Numbered from the stretch's first letter, positions 47,800 through 59,052 are shown. The stretch is 64,000 nucleotides of DNA from Pseudomonadota bacterium (GCA_029782295.1 JAKOVB010000168.1:169250-233249), one strand, 5' to 3'. Numbers and translations: made by a program. Notes: a model not told the origin generated them from the sequence alone.

Positions 47800-48300
47800 C
47801 TATTCGCCCTGCTCCCGGAGCAGGCGAAACAGTTCCCTGCTGCTCTTGGGCGGTTTGCCTGCGTCAGCTTCCTTGCGGGCGTTGCGAATCAGGGTGCGCA
47901 GTTGCTGGCTGTCGGCTTCCGGGTGTTCGCGCAGGTAATCGGACAGGGCGCTGTCGTCCGCAAGCAGCCGTTCCCGCAGCTTCTCCATGCGGTGGAAATG
48001 AGCGTTTTCTTCCTGATGCGAACCTTTCCAGCGAGCCAGTTGATCCGCGATCGGTGCGGTATCAATTTCCCGCATCAGGCGGCCGATGTACTGGCGCTGA
48101 CGCGCAATGGCGCCGTTGGAGGTGATGCGCTGGGCCTCCTTGACCGCATCCAGCAGCAGTTCGGGCAGGTTCAGTTGGGCCAGCCTAACTTTGTTGAGGG
48201 AGATCAGTTCCTCGCCCAAGTCTTGCAATTCCTGCATCGCTGCCTTGCGCTTGGTCTTGCTGATCGGTTCCTGATTGTCTATTTCGTCAGTTTTACTCAT
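47800..48300 (-). CDS. yjgA: Ribosome-associated protein YjgA (DUF615)
   Basis: 166 aa. SKTKRKAAMQELQDLGEELISL...QRQYIGRLMR, typical of YjgA. Divergent from pmbA, as in E. coli. Confidence 0.85.
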   Translation of the reverse strand: MSKTDEIDNQEPISKTKRKAAMQELQDLGEELISLNKVRLAQLNLPELLLDAVKEAQRITSNGAIARQRQYIGRLMREIDTAPIADQLARWKGSHQEENAHFHRMEKLRERLLADDSALSDYLREHPEADSQQLRTLIRNARKEADAGKPPKSSRELFRLLREQGE

Positions 48301-48340
48301 ATGCTGCGGTATGATAGCAGCTTTTTCGAAGGCCCTTTCC

Positions 48341-49681
48341 GTGAGCGAAGCACGTTTCAGCTATTCCCTTGATGACTTGCGCCAGATGAGCGCCGATGTG
48401 TTGCGTCTGGCCAATGCGGCCGGCGCCTCGGCCGCTGAGGCTGAAGTCAGTCTCGGCATCGGCCAGAATGTGTCGGTACGGCTGGATGAAGTGGAGACCA
48501 TCGAGTATAACCGTGACAAGGGGATGTCGGTCACGGTCTACTTCGGCCAGAGCCGGGGTCACGCCAGCACTTCCGATTTGTCGCCGCAGGCCTTGCAGGA
48601 CACCGTGACGGCTGCCTGCAGTATCGCTCGCCACACCGCGCAGGATGAGTTCTGCGGTCTGGCCGATCCGGCACTTCTGGCGACGGCATTTCCGGATCTC
48701 GATCTATACCATCCCTGGGATATTTCCGTGGACGAGGCCATCCAGTTGGCCCGCAGCTGCGAAGGTGCCGCACTCGCCGTGGATGGACGCATCAACAACT
48801 CCGAGGGGGCGGGCGTGTCCACCTACGAGGGGCTGTTTTCCTATGCCAATAGTAACGGGTTCAATCATGGATACCCGACGTCACGCCATTCGCTCAGTTG
48901 TTCCGTCATTGCCGAGTCTGGTGATGATATGCAGCGGGATTACTGGTACACCAGCGCGCGTGCTGCGGTCGATCTGGATGCTGCCGAACTGGTCGGGCGG
49001 AAGGCGGGTGAGCGCACGGTACGGCGCCTGGGGGGCCGTCAGATCAAGACTGGCCAGGTGTCGGTGTTGTTCGATGCCAGCATTGCCGGCGGACTGGTGT
49101 CGCATTTCATTTCCGCGATTTCCGGTGGCAGCCTCTACCGCAAGTCCTCCTTTCTGCTCGATAGCCTGGGCAAGCAGGTGTTCTCCCCTCTGGTGAACTT
49201 GTCCGAACAGCCTCATATCCCCAGAGGCTTGGCCAGTTCTGCGTTCGATAATGAAGGGGTGGCCACCCATGCCCGGGACCTGGTGCGTGACGGCGTGTTG
49301 CAAGGCTATGTGCTGTCCAGCTACTCGGCGCGCAAGCTGGGGATGGCAACCACGGGTAATGCCGGCGGCAACCATAATCTGCTTCTGCAAAGCGGCGATC
49401 TGGATTTCAATGGCCTGCTGAAAACCATGCACACCGGCCTGCTGGTGACCGAACTGCTGGGTCATGGCATCAACATGGTGACCGGGGATTACTCGCGTGG
49501 GGCGGCAGGGTTCTGGGTCGAGAATGGCGTGATCCAGTATCCGGTGGAGGAGATCACGATCGCCGGCAACCTCAAAGACATGTTCATGCAGGTCGTGGCG
49601 ATTGGCAATGACGTGCTGGTGCAGGGGTCCAAGCAGACCGGTTCGATTCTCATCGAACGCATGACGGTCGCTGGACATTAA
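48341..49681 (+). CDS. pmbA: Metalloprotease PmbA (TldE)
   Basis: Collinear with E. coli PmbA as I recall it (…GDYSRGAAGFWVENGVIQYPVEEITIAGNLKDMF…). Start is GTG 48341 (GAAGG 9 nt upstream) or ATG 48311. Confidence 0.9.
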   Translation: MSEARFSYSLDDLRQMSADVLRLANAAGASAAEAEVSLGIGQNVSVRLDEVETIEYNRDKGMSVTVYFGQSRGHASTSDLSPQALQDTVTAACSIARHTAQDEFCGLADPALLATAFPDLDLYHPWDISVDEAIQLARSCEGAALAVDGRINNSEGAGVSTYEGLFSYANSNGFNHGYPTSRHSLSCSVIAESGDDMQRDYWYTSARAAVDLDAAELVGRKAGERTVRRLGGRQIKTGQVSVLFDASIAGGLVSHFISAISGGSLYRKSSFLLDSLGKQVFSPLVNLSEQPHIPRGLASSAFDNEGVATHARDLVRDGVLQGYVLSSYSARKLGMATTGNAGGNHNLLLQSGDLDFNGLLKTMHTGLLVTELLGHGINMVTGDYSRGAAGFWVENGVIQYPVEEITIAGNLKDMFMQVVAIGNDVLVQGSKQTGSILIERMTVAGH

Positions 49682-49714
49682 CCGGAGAAGGTTTCCGTGC
49701 CTGTCGACAGGCAA

Positions 49715-49744
49715 TAAAAAAGCCCCGCGATGCGGGGCTTTTTC
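49715..49744. terminator. Bidirectional rho-independent terminator (pmbA / mlaA convergent)
   Basis: AAAAAA-GCCCCGC-GAT-GCGGGGC-TTTTT. Confidence 0.65.
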
Positions 49745-49758
49745 GTGGGGGATGCAGA

Positions 49759-50499
49759 TTACTTTGCGGCGACGGCCTGGCTGTCTTCCGCTTCGGCGCC
49801 GTATTCCTGGGCCGGGGCATTGCCATCGTAAATCTGGGTGTTGCGGCGCTGCATGTAGGCGTCGCGCATGAAAGCATAAGGATCCAGCGCAGCTTCATCC
49901 AGCAGGTCGCTGCCCGGCAGGTAGCTGGCGCGCGTATCGATGAACTTGGTCAGCAGGATCTGGTTGCGGTCGCGGGCGTCATCCACGTAGCCGATCGGGT
50001 CGAATGCTGCGCTGTCGACAATCAGGCCGCCGGTGTCGCGCAGGGTGCTCGGGCCGAAGAACGGCAGCACCAGATAGGCACTATCCTTCCAGCCCCAGGT
50101 CGCGAGGGTCTGGCCGAAGTCTTCCTTACGCTCTTCGATGCCATCCATGGATGCCCAGTCAACCAGGCCGCCAATACCGAAAGTGGTGTTGATCGCCAGA
50201 CGGCCGGTGTCGTCCATGGCCTTGTCGAGCTTGAACTGCAACAGGTCGTTGATGATGGTGACGACCGTGCCGATGTTGGCGAAGAAGTTGTTGACGCCGG
50301 TACGAACCGGGCTGGGCAGAACAGCCTTGTAGGCACCTGCGATCGGTTTGATGGCAGCTTTGTCGACCGTGTCGTTGAACTTGTAGATGCCACGGTTCAG
50401 GCCTTCCAGAGGATCCTTGTTGGCCTGAGTTGCACAGCCACCCAGCAGGCCGGCCATCAGGGCGCCGACGAGCAAACTTCTGATACCAAATGTACGCAT
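49759..50499 (-). CDS. mlaA: MlaA/VacJ family outer-membrane lipoprotein
   Basis: Start taken at ATG 50499 (MRTFGIRSLLVGALMAGLLGGC lipobox). DPLEGLNRGIYKFND, INTTFGIGG, LVLPFFGPST motifs. Confidence 0.88.
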   Translation of the reverse strand: MRTFGIRSLLVGALMAGLLGGCATQANKDPLEGLNRGIYKFNDTVDKAAIKPIAGAYKAVLPSPVRTGVNNFFANIGTVVTIINDLLQFKLDKAMDDTGRLAINTTFGIGGLVDWASMDGIEERKEDFGQTLATWGWKDSAYLVLPFFGPSTLRDTGGLIVDSAAFDPIGYVDDARDRNQILLTKFIDTRASYLPGSDLLDEAALDPYAFMRDAYMQRRNTQIYDGNAPAQEYGAEAEDSQAVAAK

Positions 50500-50596
50500 G
50501 CGTATTCCCAATTGATTGTTGTATTTATCGCGGATTTTTAACCCGCTTACACTCAGTAGTGAACTTTAAAGGACTGGTACACCCTTGTCTACCGAT

Positions 50597-50626
50597 TTGA
50601 AACGGCTTTCCAAAGCGTGCTAGAGT
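50597..50626 (+). promoter_or_regulatory. Candidate sigma-70 promoter for fbp
   Basis: TTGAAA (50597-50602), 18-nt spacer, TAGAGT (50621-50626), 35 nt upstream of the ATG. GGAGAG RBS at 50650-50655. Pattern match only. Confidence 0.3.
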
Positions 50627-50660
50627 GGTGTTGTAAAAAAGTCACAGTTGGAGAGCGAGC

Positions 50661-51665
50661 ATGCAGGGCGTCACCATTACCCAGTTTCTGATTGAAGAGC
50701 AGCGCAAGGTCGGCAGTGCAACGGGCGAGTTCACGCTCCTGCTCAACCATATCGTCACCGCCTGCAAGCGCATTTCCTGTGCCGTGAACAAGGGGGCGCT
50801 GGTCGGCACCATGGGTTCGCTGGCGACGGAAAATGTCCAGGGCGAAACGCAAAAGCAGCTCGATGTGATTACCAATGACATCTTCCTGGAAGCCAACCAG
50901 TGGGCTGGCTACATCGCGGGCATGGCTTCGGAGGAGATGGACGACCCCTATGACATTCCTGAACGTTACCGTCAGGACGGCAAGTACCTGTTGCTGTTTG
51001 ATCCCTTGGACGGCTCGTCCAATGTCAACGTCAACATTACCGTGGGCACTATCTTTTCGGTGCTGCGCAGCCCGCAGGGGGTGACCAACCCCAAGGTCGA
51101 GGATTTTCTTCAGCCCGGGACCAGTCAGGTCTGTGCCGGGTATGCGCTCTACGGATCCTCGACCATGCTGGTGCTGACGACCGGGCACGGGGTCAACGGA
51201 TTTACGCTGGATCGCGAAGTCGGCGAGTTTTTCCTGACCAATCCCGATATGCAGATTCCGGCAGATACCCATGAGTTTGCCGTCAATATGTCCAATCAGC
51301 GTTTCTGGGAAGCGCCGGTGCAGCGCTATGTTGCGGAATGCCTGCAGGGCGAGGAAGGTCCGCGTGGGCGTGACTTCAACATGCGCTGGGTGGCCTCCAT
51401 GGTCGCAGAAGTGCATCGGATCCTGATCCGCGGCGGTGTGTTCATGTACCCCATGGACGAGAAGCTGCGCAGCAAGGGGGGCAAGCTACGCCTGATGTAC
51501 GAGGCCAACCCGATGAGTTTCATCGTCGAACAGGCCGGAGGCGTTTCTACCACTGGCCGCGAGCGTATTCTGGAAATCCAGCCGTCTGGCCTGCATCAGC
51601 GCGTGCCGGTGATTCTGGGGTCCCGCAACGAGGTCGAGCGCATCGTCGAATATCACCGTGCGTGA
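50661..51665 (+). CDS. fbp: Fructose-1,6-bisphosphatase class 1
   Basis: 334 aa. [30 protein letters not shown] motifs. Confidence 0.95.
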   Translation: MQGVTITQFLIEEQRKVGSATGEFTLLLNHIVTACKRISCAVNKGALVGTMGSLATENVQGETQKQLDVITNDIFLEANQWAGYIAGMASEEMDDPYDIPERYRQDGKYLLLFDPLDGSSNVNVNITVGTIFSVLRSPQGVTNPKVEDFLQPGTSQVCAGYALYGSSTMLVLTTGHGVNGFTLDREVGEFFLTNPDMQIPADTHEFAVNMSNQRFWEAPVQRYVAECLQGEEGPRGRDFNMRWVASMVAEVHRILIRGGVFMYPMDEKLRSKGGKLRLMYEANPMSFIVEQAGGVSTTGRERILEIQPSGLHQRVPVILGSRNEVERIVEYHRA

Positions 51666-51680
51666 ACGGCAAGCGCCAAT

Positions 51681-51706
51681 AAAAAGCCGCCTCCGGGCGG
51701 TTTTTT
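51681..51706. terminator. Bidirectional terminator shared by fbp and phrB
   Basis: AAAAAG-CCGCC-TCCG-GGCGG-TTTTTT. The T-run overlaps the phrB stop codon. Confidence 0.55.
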
Positions 51707-53141
51707 ATTGGCCAGCGTTCTTGTAGAGCGCGAGTGCCCGTATTCTCTGGGCGGCATGGTCGACCACCGGGGCCGGGTAGTTTTCCCCGATGACGATGCC
51801 CAGCGCACGTTGCCGGACTGGCTCGATTTTCCATGGCGAGTGGATTTCCCGGTCCGGGCAGGCAGCCAGTTCCGGAACATACTTGCGGATGAATTTCCCT
51901 TGCGGGTCGAACTTTTCGGATTGAGTCACCGGATTGAAAATGCGGAACCACGGCTGGGCATCGCAACCGGTCGAGGCGGCCCATTGCCAGCCGCCGTTGT
52001 TGGCGGCGAGATCAAAGTCGATCAGTTTCCGTGCAAAGTAGGCTTCCCCTTTGCGCCAGTCCACCAGAAGGTCCTTGACCAGGAAGCTGGCCGTGACCAT
52101 GCGCAGCCGGTTGTGCATGTACCCGGTCTGGTTGAGTTGGCGCATGCCGGCATCCACCAGCGGATATCCGGTGCGGCCCTCGCACCAGGCCTGGAAAAGA
52201 CCAGCGTCATCCGGGAAGGCGAGATGCTCGAATTCCGGCTTGAATGTATGGCCGGCGGCGACTTCAGGGTGGTGATGCAACACCTGGAAATAGAAGTCCC
52301 GCCAGATCAGTTCCGAAAGCCAGGTTTCGGCCCCGCGCCCGCCGCGTTGCCAGGCGGACCGTGCCAGTCCGCGGATGGAAACCGTGCCGAAACGCAGGTG
52401 CACTGACAGGTAGGAAGGGCCTTTGACGGCTGGATAGTCCCGCGCATCCTGGTAGCGGTCCAGACGGGATGCGAAATCCGCGAACAGGTGGGCGCCACCG
52501 CTCATGCCGGTGGGCAGATGCATTTCTGTCAGGTTGGTGCGGGTGAACCCGAGTGTCTCCAGCGTCGGCATCGGACATGCGAAGGCGGGTCGCTTGAGTC
52601 GGGAGGCATGGCGTTCGACCGGATAGGGTTCCAGGGTGAACGCATCCAGTTTTTTTAGCCAGGCATTCCGGTAAGGCGTGAATACCCCGTAAGGCTTGCC
52701 TCCCTGTGTCATGACTTCTTCCTGTTCGAAAATAACCTGGTCTTTGTACAGGTGCAGGGTGACCCCCCGATCCGACAGGAATTGTGCGACCTTCTCGTCA
52801 CGCCGGATGGCCGCGGGCTCATAGTCCCGGTTGGCGTGCACGGTTTGCACGTCCAGCCGGGTTGCCAGCGCAGGAATTTCCTCCGTGGCGCGTCCATGCA
52901 GCACGATCAGGTCTCCGCCGGCCTTCTGCAAGGACTGTTTGAGTTCGGTAACGCTTTCCAGGATGAATTCAACGCGCCGGTCGAAGGGGTCGTCAAGAGC
53001 ATTCAGGATGTCGGTGTCGAAAACAAAAGCAGCATAGACGGCGTTGGCGGAGACCAGTGCGTGGTAGAGCGCCGCATGGTCGAAATCGCGCAGGTCGCGG
53101 CGGAACCAGACCAGGGCGCGGTCATGAGTCGGGATATGCAT
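51705..53141 (-). CDS. phrB: Deoxyribodipyrimidine photolyase (CPD class I)
   Basis: Start taken at MHIPTHDRALVWFRRDLRDFDHAAL (478 aa). TGYPLVDAGMRQL, WQWAASTG, FNP motifs. The track ORF extends 103 codons upstream with no homology. Confidence 0.9.
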   Translation of the reverse strand: MHIPTHDRALVWFRRDLRDFDHAALYHALVSANAVYAAFVFDTDILNALDDPFDRRVEFILESVTELKQSLQKAGGDLIVLHGRATEEIPALATRLDVQTVHANRDYEPAAIRRDEKVAQFLSDRGVTLHLYKDQVIFEQEEVMTQGGKPYGVFTPYRNAWLKKLDAFTLEPYPVERHASRLKRPAFACPMPTLETLGFTRTNLTEMHLPTGMSGGAHLFADFASRLDRYQDARDYPAVKGPSYLSVHLRFGTVSIRGLARSAWQRGGRGAETWLSELIWRDFYFQVLHHHPEVAAGHTFKPEFEHLAFPDDAGLFQAWCEGRTGYPLVDAGMRQLNQTGYMHNRLRMVTASFLVKDLLVDWRKGEAYFARKLIDFDLAANNGGWQWAASTGCDAQPWFRIFNPVTQSEKFDPQGKFIRKYVPELAACPDREIHSPWKIEPVRQRALGIVIGENYPAPVVDHAAQRIRALALYKNAGQ

Positions 53142-53210
53142 GTCGATATTGTAGTGGGGTGCCGGGGTCGTGGCATGCCAGTTCGCGTAAAATGCAATTA
53201 CGACCACAAC

Positions 53211-54374
53211 ATGATGGAAATGGTTTCCATGCACCGCCTGCCGTACTGGCGCCTCTCCAGTTTTTACTTTTTCTATTTTGCCTTTGTCGGTGCTTTCTCG
53301 CCGTACTGGAGCCTCTACCTGAAATCCCTCGAATTCAGTGCGTTCCAGATCGGGGTGCTGATGTCGCTCTTGCAGGTGGCCAGGATCTTCGCGCCCAATC
53401 TCTGGGGGTGGCTTGCAGACCATACCGGAAAACGCGTTGCGGTCGTGCAATTGGCTGCATTGCTAAGCCTCTTGTGTTATCTGGGCGTTTTCGCCGGCCA
53501 GAGTTTCGCCTGGCTTTTCGTGGTCTTGCTGATGATGAGCATGTTCTGGAGCGCTTCCCTGCCGCTGGTCGAGGCGATCACCCTGGGGCATCTGGGCGAA
53601 GGGGCTTCAGGCTATGGCCGCATCCGGCTCTGGGGATCGATCGGTTTCATTGTGGCGGTTCTGGTGCTGGGTTACGTGCTGGACAGCGCTCCGGTCAGGG
53701 TCCTGCTGTGGGTAGTGCTCGGCCTCAAGGTCGGTGTGTTCCTGTTCACGCGGCATTTGCCGGAGCCGCGGCTGGTGCCTCACCACACGGATGACCTGCC
53801 GGTCTGGCAGATCATCCGTCGCCCGGAAGTAGCTGCTTTTCTGGCCGCCTGCTTCCTGATGGCGATGGCGCATGGGGTTTATTACACCTTCTATTCAATC
53901 TATCTGGTGGACCACGGTTACAGCAAGAGTGCGGTGGGCTTGCTATGGGCGCTGGGCGTGGTGTGCGAGGTGCTGGTGTTTCTCTGTATGCCGCGGTTGA
54001 ACGCGCGCTTCGGTTTGCGCAATATCCTGCTCGCCAGCTTTGCGCTCGCGGCGCTACGCTTCATGATGATCGGGCAGGGGGTGACGTCTGTTGCGGTGAT
54101 GGTGTTTGCGCAAACCCTGCATGCGGCGAGTTTCGGATCCTACCATGCGGCTGCGGTGGCGTTGACCCACCATTATTTTCGCGGGCGCCACCAAGCCAAG
54201 GGGCAGGGGCTGTATACCAGCATCTCCTTCGGGCTGGGCGGCACGCTGGGCGGCCTTATGAGCGGTTATGCCTGGGGCACGCTGGGTGCGGAATGGTCTT
54301 TCGGCCTGTCTGCGTTGTGCGCGCTGCTGGGATTTATCGTGCTGGGATTGAGGTTGCAGTCGGAGACAACGTAG
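53211..54374 (+). CDS. MFS transporter (PPP / HcaT-like family)
   Basis: About 387 aa, 12 predicted TM segments. N-terminus RLSSFYFFYFAFVGAFSPYWSLYL and GWLADHTGKR are typical of the family. The start lies among ATGs at 53211 to 53229. Confidence 0.85.
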   Translation: MMEMVSMHRLPYWRLSSFYFFYFAFVGAFSPYWSLYLKSLEFSAFQIGVLMSLLQVARIFAPNLWGWLADHTGKRVAVVQLAALLSLLCYLGVFAGQSFAWLFVVLLMMSMFWSASLPLVEAITLGHLGEGASGYGRIRLWGSIGFIVAVLVLGYVLDSAPVRVLLWVVLGLKVGVFLFTRHLPEPRLVPHHTDDLPVWQIIRRPEVAAFLAACFLMAMAHGVYYTFYSIYLVDHGYSKSAVGLLWALGVVCEVLVFLCMPRLNARFGLRNILLASFALAALRFMMIGQGVTSVAVMVFAQTLHAASFGSYHAAAVALTHHYFRGRHQAKGQGLYTSISFGLGGTLGGLMSGYAWGTLGAEWSFGLSALCALLGFIVLGLRLQSETT

Positions 54375-54405
54375 AATGATCCTTCCAATGAGGCGGGGCA
54401 ATGAT

Positions 54406-55050
54406 ATGCGATATACGCTGCTGGTTTGCTTAATGATGCTTGTGACTGCTGTCGAGGCGGATACCCGTGTGAATGTGGTTGGACTCTTCAGCGGGAAGGC
54501 CTTGTTGGTAATCAACGGCGGTACCCCGAAAACCCTGGTCGCCGGTCAGACCTCCCGGGAAGGGGTGAAACTGATTTCGGCAGACAGTACTCAGGCAGTG
54601 CTGGAGATCGAAGGCAAGCGCCGTCAGCTCGGCATGGGCCAGGGAGGTTCCGTGGGTGGCGGTGCTGCTCCATCCAATGATTCCGGAATGACACTTTACG
54701 CCAACAGTAGCGGCCATTTCCTGGGAGATGGGCAGATCAATGGTAAACCGGTGCATTTCCTGGTGGATACTGGCGCAACGCTGGTTTCCATGAGCAGCGT
54801 TCAGGCTCGGCAGCTCGGCATCGATTACATTGCCGGGAAGGAGGGATTGACGTCTACCGCCGGTGGGCTCGTCAAGACCTGGCTCGTGACCCTGAACAGC
54901 GTGAAACTGGGCGGAATGACGCTGAACCAGGTGGACTGCGCGGTGCTGGACGGGGATTCCCCGCCTGTCGTCCTGATGGGGATGAGCGTGTTGAACCGGC
55001 TGGACATGAAGCGTGAAGGGATCGCCATGACCCTGACCAAGAAGTATTAG
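54406..55050 (+). CDS. Retropepsin-like (clan AA, TIGR02281-type) aspartic protease, membrane-anchored or secreted
   Basis: Start taken at MRYTLLVCLMMLVTAVEA. Catalytic FLVDTGATLVSM (DTGA). About 214 aa. Confidence 0.8.
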   Translation: MRYTLLVCLMMLVTAVEADTRVNVVGLFSGKALLVINGGTPKTLVAGQTSREGVKLISADSTQAVLEIEGKRRQLGMGQGGSVGGGAAPSNDSGMTLYANSSGHFLGDGQINGKPVHFLVDTGATLVSMSSVQARQLGIDYIAGKEGLTSTAGGLVKTWLVTLNSVKLGGMTLNQVDCAVLDGDSPPVVLMGMSVLNRLDMKREGIAMTLTKKY

Positions 55051-55077
55051 TCAGGTTGTTGTGCTGAACTGACACAA

Positions 55078-55110
55078 GAAAAAAAACCCGGCATGGCCGG
55101 GTTTTTGTTT
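55078..55110. terminator. Bidirectional rho-independent terminator
   Basis: AAAAAAAAA-CCCGGC-ATG-GCCGGG-TTTTTGTTTT between convergent stops at 55050 and 55123. Confidence 0.65.
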
Positions 55111-55122
55111 TGACAGGCAGAT

Positions 55123-55929
55123 TTACCTGGCTGCCTTTTTGTCGTTTTCGATCAACGCGTAAGCGGAATGATTGTGGATGGATTCAAAGTTTTCCGATTC
55201 CACGACATAGGCGTCGATACGGTCTTCCAGGTTCAGTTGGGCAGCAACGTCGCGCACCATGTCCTCCACGAACTTGGGATTGTCGTAAGCGTGTTCTGTC
55301 ACGAATTTTTCGTCAGGACGCTTGAGCAGGCCGTAGAGTTCGCTGGAGGCTTGTTCTTCGACGATGCGGATCAGGTCTTCCACCCAGATGAAGTCGTTGA
55401 TCTTTGCGGTGATGGTGACGTGCGAACGCTGGTTGTGTGCGCCGTAATCGGAAATTTTCTTGGAGCACGGGCAGAGGCTGGTGACAGGCACCAGCACCCT
55501 GACGGTGATGCTGTATTCGCCATTCTTGATCTCGCCGATGAAGGTGACTTCGTAATCCAGCAGGCTCTTCACGCCAGAGACCGGTGCGGCCTTGGAGATG
55601 AAGTAGGGGAATGTCATCTCGATGTGCCCGGAATTGGCCTCGAGGCGTTTGACCATTTCGCGCAGGATGCTCTCGAAATTCTCGATCGAGATTTCGCGTT
55701 CGTTCATGTTCAGGATTTCGACGAAACGCGACATGTGCGTGCCCTTGAAATTATGGGGCAGGTGCACGTACATGTTGAACATGGCGACCGTATGCTGCAC
55801 GCCGCCGGTCTTGTCCTTGACCTTGACCGGGTGGCGAATGGATTTGATGCCGACCTTGTCGATCGCAAGGTGACGCACGTCAGGCGTGTTCTGGACGTCT
55901 TCGATGCGAGGGGCGGTAGGTTGGTTCAT
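55123..55929 (-). CDS. folE2: GTP cyclohydrolase FolE2 (type IB)
   Basis: Start taken at ATG 55929 ([14 protein letters not shown]...). [29 protein letters not shown] motifs. Confidence 0.88.
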   Translation of the reverse strand: MNQPTAPRIEDVQNTPDVRHLAIDKVGIKSIRHPVKVKDKTGGVQHTVAMFNMYVHLPHNFKGTHMSRFVEILNMNEREISIENFESILREMVKRLEANSGHIEMTFPYFISKAAPVSGVKSLLDYEVTFIGEIKNGEYSITVRVLVPVTSLCPCSKKISDYGAHNQRSHVTITAKINDFIWVEDLIRIVEEQASSELYGLLKRPDEKFVTEHAYDNPKFVEDMVRDVAAQLNLEDRIDAYVVESENFESIHNHSAYALIENDKKAAR

Positions 55930-55965
55930 TGAGAGTTCCGTTCGATCGTACAATACTTGAGTATA

Positions 55966-57810
55966 CTAGTAGGTTAATCTTTTCTCAACTGCCGTGAGGA
56001 TGCCATCGGCATCGAGGCCGATGTCGGCAAGCAATTTCTCAGGGGTGCCATGTTCGATGAACGTGTCAGGTAACCCCAGCTGCAGCAGGGGAACGCTCAG
56101 TTCCAGCGCGCTCAGCGCTTCGGCAACGGCACTGCCGGCGCCGCCCATGACGGCGTTTTCCTCGACCGTGACCAGCAGGTCGTGACTCCCGGCCAGCTGT
56201 TGCAGCAGATCGGTGTCGAGCGGTTTGACGAAGCGCATGTTGGCGACGGTTGCATCGAGTTTTTCAGCCGCTTGCAGGGCAGGCGTGAGCATGCTGCCGA
56301 AAGCCAGCAATGCCACCCTGGAACCCAGGCGACGCACTTCACCCTTGCCTAGCGGGATCTCCTGCATCTTTTGCTGCACTGTGACGCCGGTTCCGCTGCC
56401 GCGAGGGTAGCGAACTGCTGCGGGGCCGTTGTGCTTGAATCCGGTATACAACATCTGCCTGCATTCGTTTTCATCTGACGGGGTCATGATCACCATGTTG
56501 GGGATGCAGCGCAGATAGGAAATGTCGAAAGATCCGGCGTGGGTCGGTCCGTCGGCGCCGACAAGGCCGGCGCGGTCGATGGCCAGGAGCACCGGCAGGT
56601 CCTGCAGGGCGATGTCATGGACGAGCTGGTCATAGGCGCGCTGCAGGAAGGTCGAGTAGATGGCGACGACGGGCTTCAGGCCGTCGCAAGCCATCCCGGC
56701 GGCAAAGGTCAGCGCATGCTGCTCGGCGATGCCGACGTCGAAATAGCGCGATGGAAATGCTGCCTGGAAAGCGTTCAGGCCGGAACCGTCGCACATGGCC
56801 GGGGTGATACCGATCAGGCGTTCGTCCTGAGTGGCCATGTCCACCAGCCACTCGCCGAAGATCTGGGTGTAGGTCTTGCGTCCGCTGCCGCCTAGTGCCT
56901 CGCCGTTCTCCGGGTCGAACTTGCCGACGCCGTGATAGCGTCCGGGGTTGTCTTCGGCCGGTTTGTAGCCATGTCCCTTCTGCGTGATGACATGCAGGAA
57001 CTGAGGGCCCTTGAGTTCACGGATGTTGGTCAGCGTGGAAACCAGGACGTCCAGGTCATGGCCGTTGACCGGGCCGATGTAATTGAAGCCGAACTCTTCG
57101 AACAGCGTGCTGGGCGTCACCATGCCCTTGACATGCTCTTCCGCGCGTTTCGCCAGTTCCAGAATGGGGGGGGCGACGCCGAGCACTTTTTCCGTACCCC
57201 GGCGCATGGTGTTGTACATCCGGCCTGATAGGAGCTTGGCCAGGTAATTGTTAAGCGCGCCGACGGGCGGAGAGATCGACATGTCGTTGTCGTTGAGGAT
57301 CACCAGCAAGTTGGCATCCATGGCGCCGGCGTTGTTGAGCGCTTCGAAGGCCATGCCCGCGGACATCGCGCCATCCCCGATAATGGCCACGGCGCGACGG
57401 TCGGATCCCGCCTGCTGGGCGGCCACGGCCATACCCAGCGCGGCCGAGATCGAGGTGCTCGAATGCCCCGCGCCGAAGGCGTCGTAAGGGCTTTCATTGC
57501 GACGCGGGAATCCGGCGATCCCCCCGGCCCTGCGCAGCATGGCCATGCCTTCACGGCGGCCGGTCAGAATCTTGTGCGGGTATGTCTGGTGGCCGACATC
57601 CCACACCAGTCGATCATCCGGGGTGTTGAACACGTAATGCAATGCAATCGAAAGTTCGACGACGCCCAGGTTGGATGAGAGGTGTCCACCGGTCTGCGAC
57701 ACGCTGTCGATCAGAAAGCTACGCAGTTCGTCCGCAAGCTGGGGTAATTGTTTGCGGTCCAGATCTCGCAACTGGTCCGGAAAATTGATGGTTTCGAGCA
57801 ACGGGTACAT
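55966..57810 (-). CDS. dxs: 1-deoxy-D-xylulose-5-phosphate synthase
   Basis: 614 aa. [30 protein letters not shown] (ThDP motif), transketolase-like C-terminus. Confidence 0.97.
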   Translation of the reverse strand: MYPLLETINFPDQLRDLDRKQLPQLADELRSFLIDSVSQTGGHLSSNLGVVELSIALHYVFNTPDDRLVWDVGHQTYPHKILTGRREGMAMLRRAGGIAGFPRRNESPYDAFGAGHSSTSISAALGMAVAAQQAGSDRRAVAIIGDGAMSAGMAFEALNNAGAMDANLLVILNDNDMSISPPVGALNNYLAKLLSGRMYNTMRRGTEKVLGVAPPILELAKRAEEHVKGMVTPSTLFEEFGFNYIGPVNGHDLDVLVSTLTNIRELKGPQFLHVITQKGHGYKPAEDNPGRYHGVGKFDPENGEALGGSGRKTYTQIFGEWLVDMATQDERLIGITPAMCDGSGLNAFQAAFPSRYFDVGIAEQHALTFAAGMACDGLKPVVAIYSTFLQRAYDQLVHDIALQDLPVLLAIDRAGLVGADGPTHAGSFDISYLRCIPNMVIMTPSDENECRQMLYTGFKHNGPAAVRYPRGSGTGVTVQQKMQEIPLGKGEVRRLGSRVALLAFGSMLTPALQAAEKLDATVANMRFVKPLDTDLLQQLAGSHDLLVTVEENAVMGGAGSAVAEALSALELSVPLLQLGLPDTFIEHGTPEKLLADIGLDADGILTAVEKRLTY

Positions 57811-58700
57811 CAGTAGGCGCGTCCGGTAATGAAGTCTGCCAGTTGTACCAGACGTTGCCCCTGCTCGCCGAAGGGGGTGATCGAGGCGATGGCGTCCGCA
57901 TGGAGTTCGTCAGCCAGGGCTTTTGCGCGTTCCAGTCCCAGAATGGTGACATAGGTCGGCTTGTTCTGCTCCGCGTCCTTGCCGGCGGTCTTGCCCAGCG
58001 TGGCAGTGTCGGCCTGATCGTCGAGGATGTCATCGACGACCTGGAACGCCAGGCCGATGCATTTGGCGTAATGATCCAGCGCCCTGGTGCGGGTTTCGTC
58101 TTGCAGGGGGGCTGAGTGCGCCCCCAGCAACGCCGCGGCACGGATCAACGCGCCGGTCTTGTGGATGTGCATGAATTCCAGTTCCTGCTGGGTCAGGCTC
58201 AGGCCGACGCTGGCGAGGTCGATTGCCTGTCCGCCGGCCATGCCGCGGGAGCCGGAAGCCTGCGTCAGAAGATGTATCATGGTGACCTGCTGGCGCGCGT
58301 CAGGAAAAGCCTCGGGCTTGGCAAGCACCTGAAAGGCCAGCGTTTGCAGGGCATCCCCCACCAGCAGGGCGGTCGCTTCATCAAATTGCTTGTGACAGGA
58401 TGGCTTGCCGCGGCGCAGGTCGTCATCGTCCATGCAGGGCAGGTCATCATGGACGAGCGAATAGGCATGGATCAATTCCACGGATGCTGCCGCAAGGTCG
58501 ACCTGCTCGGCGTTTGCGTTGCAAAGCTCACCAGCGGCATAGGCCAGCAGGGCGCGGACGCGTTTGCCGCCCCCGAGTACCGCGTAGCGCATGGCCTGAT
58601 GCAGTCGTTGCGGGGCGATGTCGGGAGGTGGCAGCAGGGCGGACAGCACATTCTCTGTGCGTGCCTGTGCCGCTGTTGCCCAGGCTTGGAAATCACTCAT
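57810..58700 (-). CDS. ispA: (2E,6E)-farnesyl diphosphate synthase
   Basis: Start taken at [12 protein letters not shown] (296 aa). First DDxxD region [17 protein letters not shown] and second FQVVDDILD. The stop overlaps the dxs ATG. Confidence 0.93.
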   Translation of the reverse strand: MSDFQAWATAAQARTENVLSALLPPPDIAPQRLHQAMRYAVLGGGKRVRALLAYAAGELCNANAEQVDLAAASVELIHAYSLVHDDLPCMDDDDLRRGKPSCHKQFDEATALLVGDALQTLAFQVLAKPEAFPDARQQVTMIHLLTQASGSRGMAGGQAIDLASVGLSLTQQELEFMHIHKTGALIRAAALLGAHSAPLQDETRTRALDHYAKCIGLAFQVVDDILDDQADTATLGKTAGKDAEQNKPTYVTILGLERAKALADELHADAIASITPFGEQGQRLVQLADFITGRAY

Positions 58701-58929
58701 CTTGGTCGGAATAGGGTTGCAGGGTATTGGCTTCATCAAGGATGCGAATCTGCTGCTCGACCTCATTCAGGGCCTGACGACAGAATCGCACCAGTTCTGT
58801 GCCGCGTTGATAGGCGGCCATGGATTGGTCCAGGGGAAGCTTTCCGCCTTCCATGGTGGCGACCGTGGCCTCGAGTTCGGCAACGGCGCTCTCAAAATCC
58901 TTTGGCGGTGTGTGTTTGGTCATTGACAT
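58693..58929 (-). CDS. xseB: Exodeoxyribonuclease VII small subunit
   Basis: 78 aa. FESAVAELEATVATMEGGKLPLDQSMAAYQRGTELVRFC, typical of XseB. xseB-ispA-dxs order is conserved in proteobacteria. Confidence 0.9.
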   Translation of the reverse strand: MSMTKHTPPKDFESAVAELEATVATMEGGKLPLDQSMAAYQRGTELVRFCRQALNEVEQQIRILDEANTLQPYSDQDE

Positions 58930-59052
58930 TGGATAAAGTTACGGCGCACCCTAGCAAAACTCGATTAAAGGGTCAATTAACCGATGAGCGGAGGCTGCAC
59001 GACAACATGAAATCTGGCATAGTTTACGCTTAGAACCAAAGAATAAGAAATT

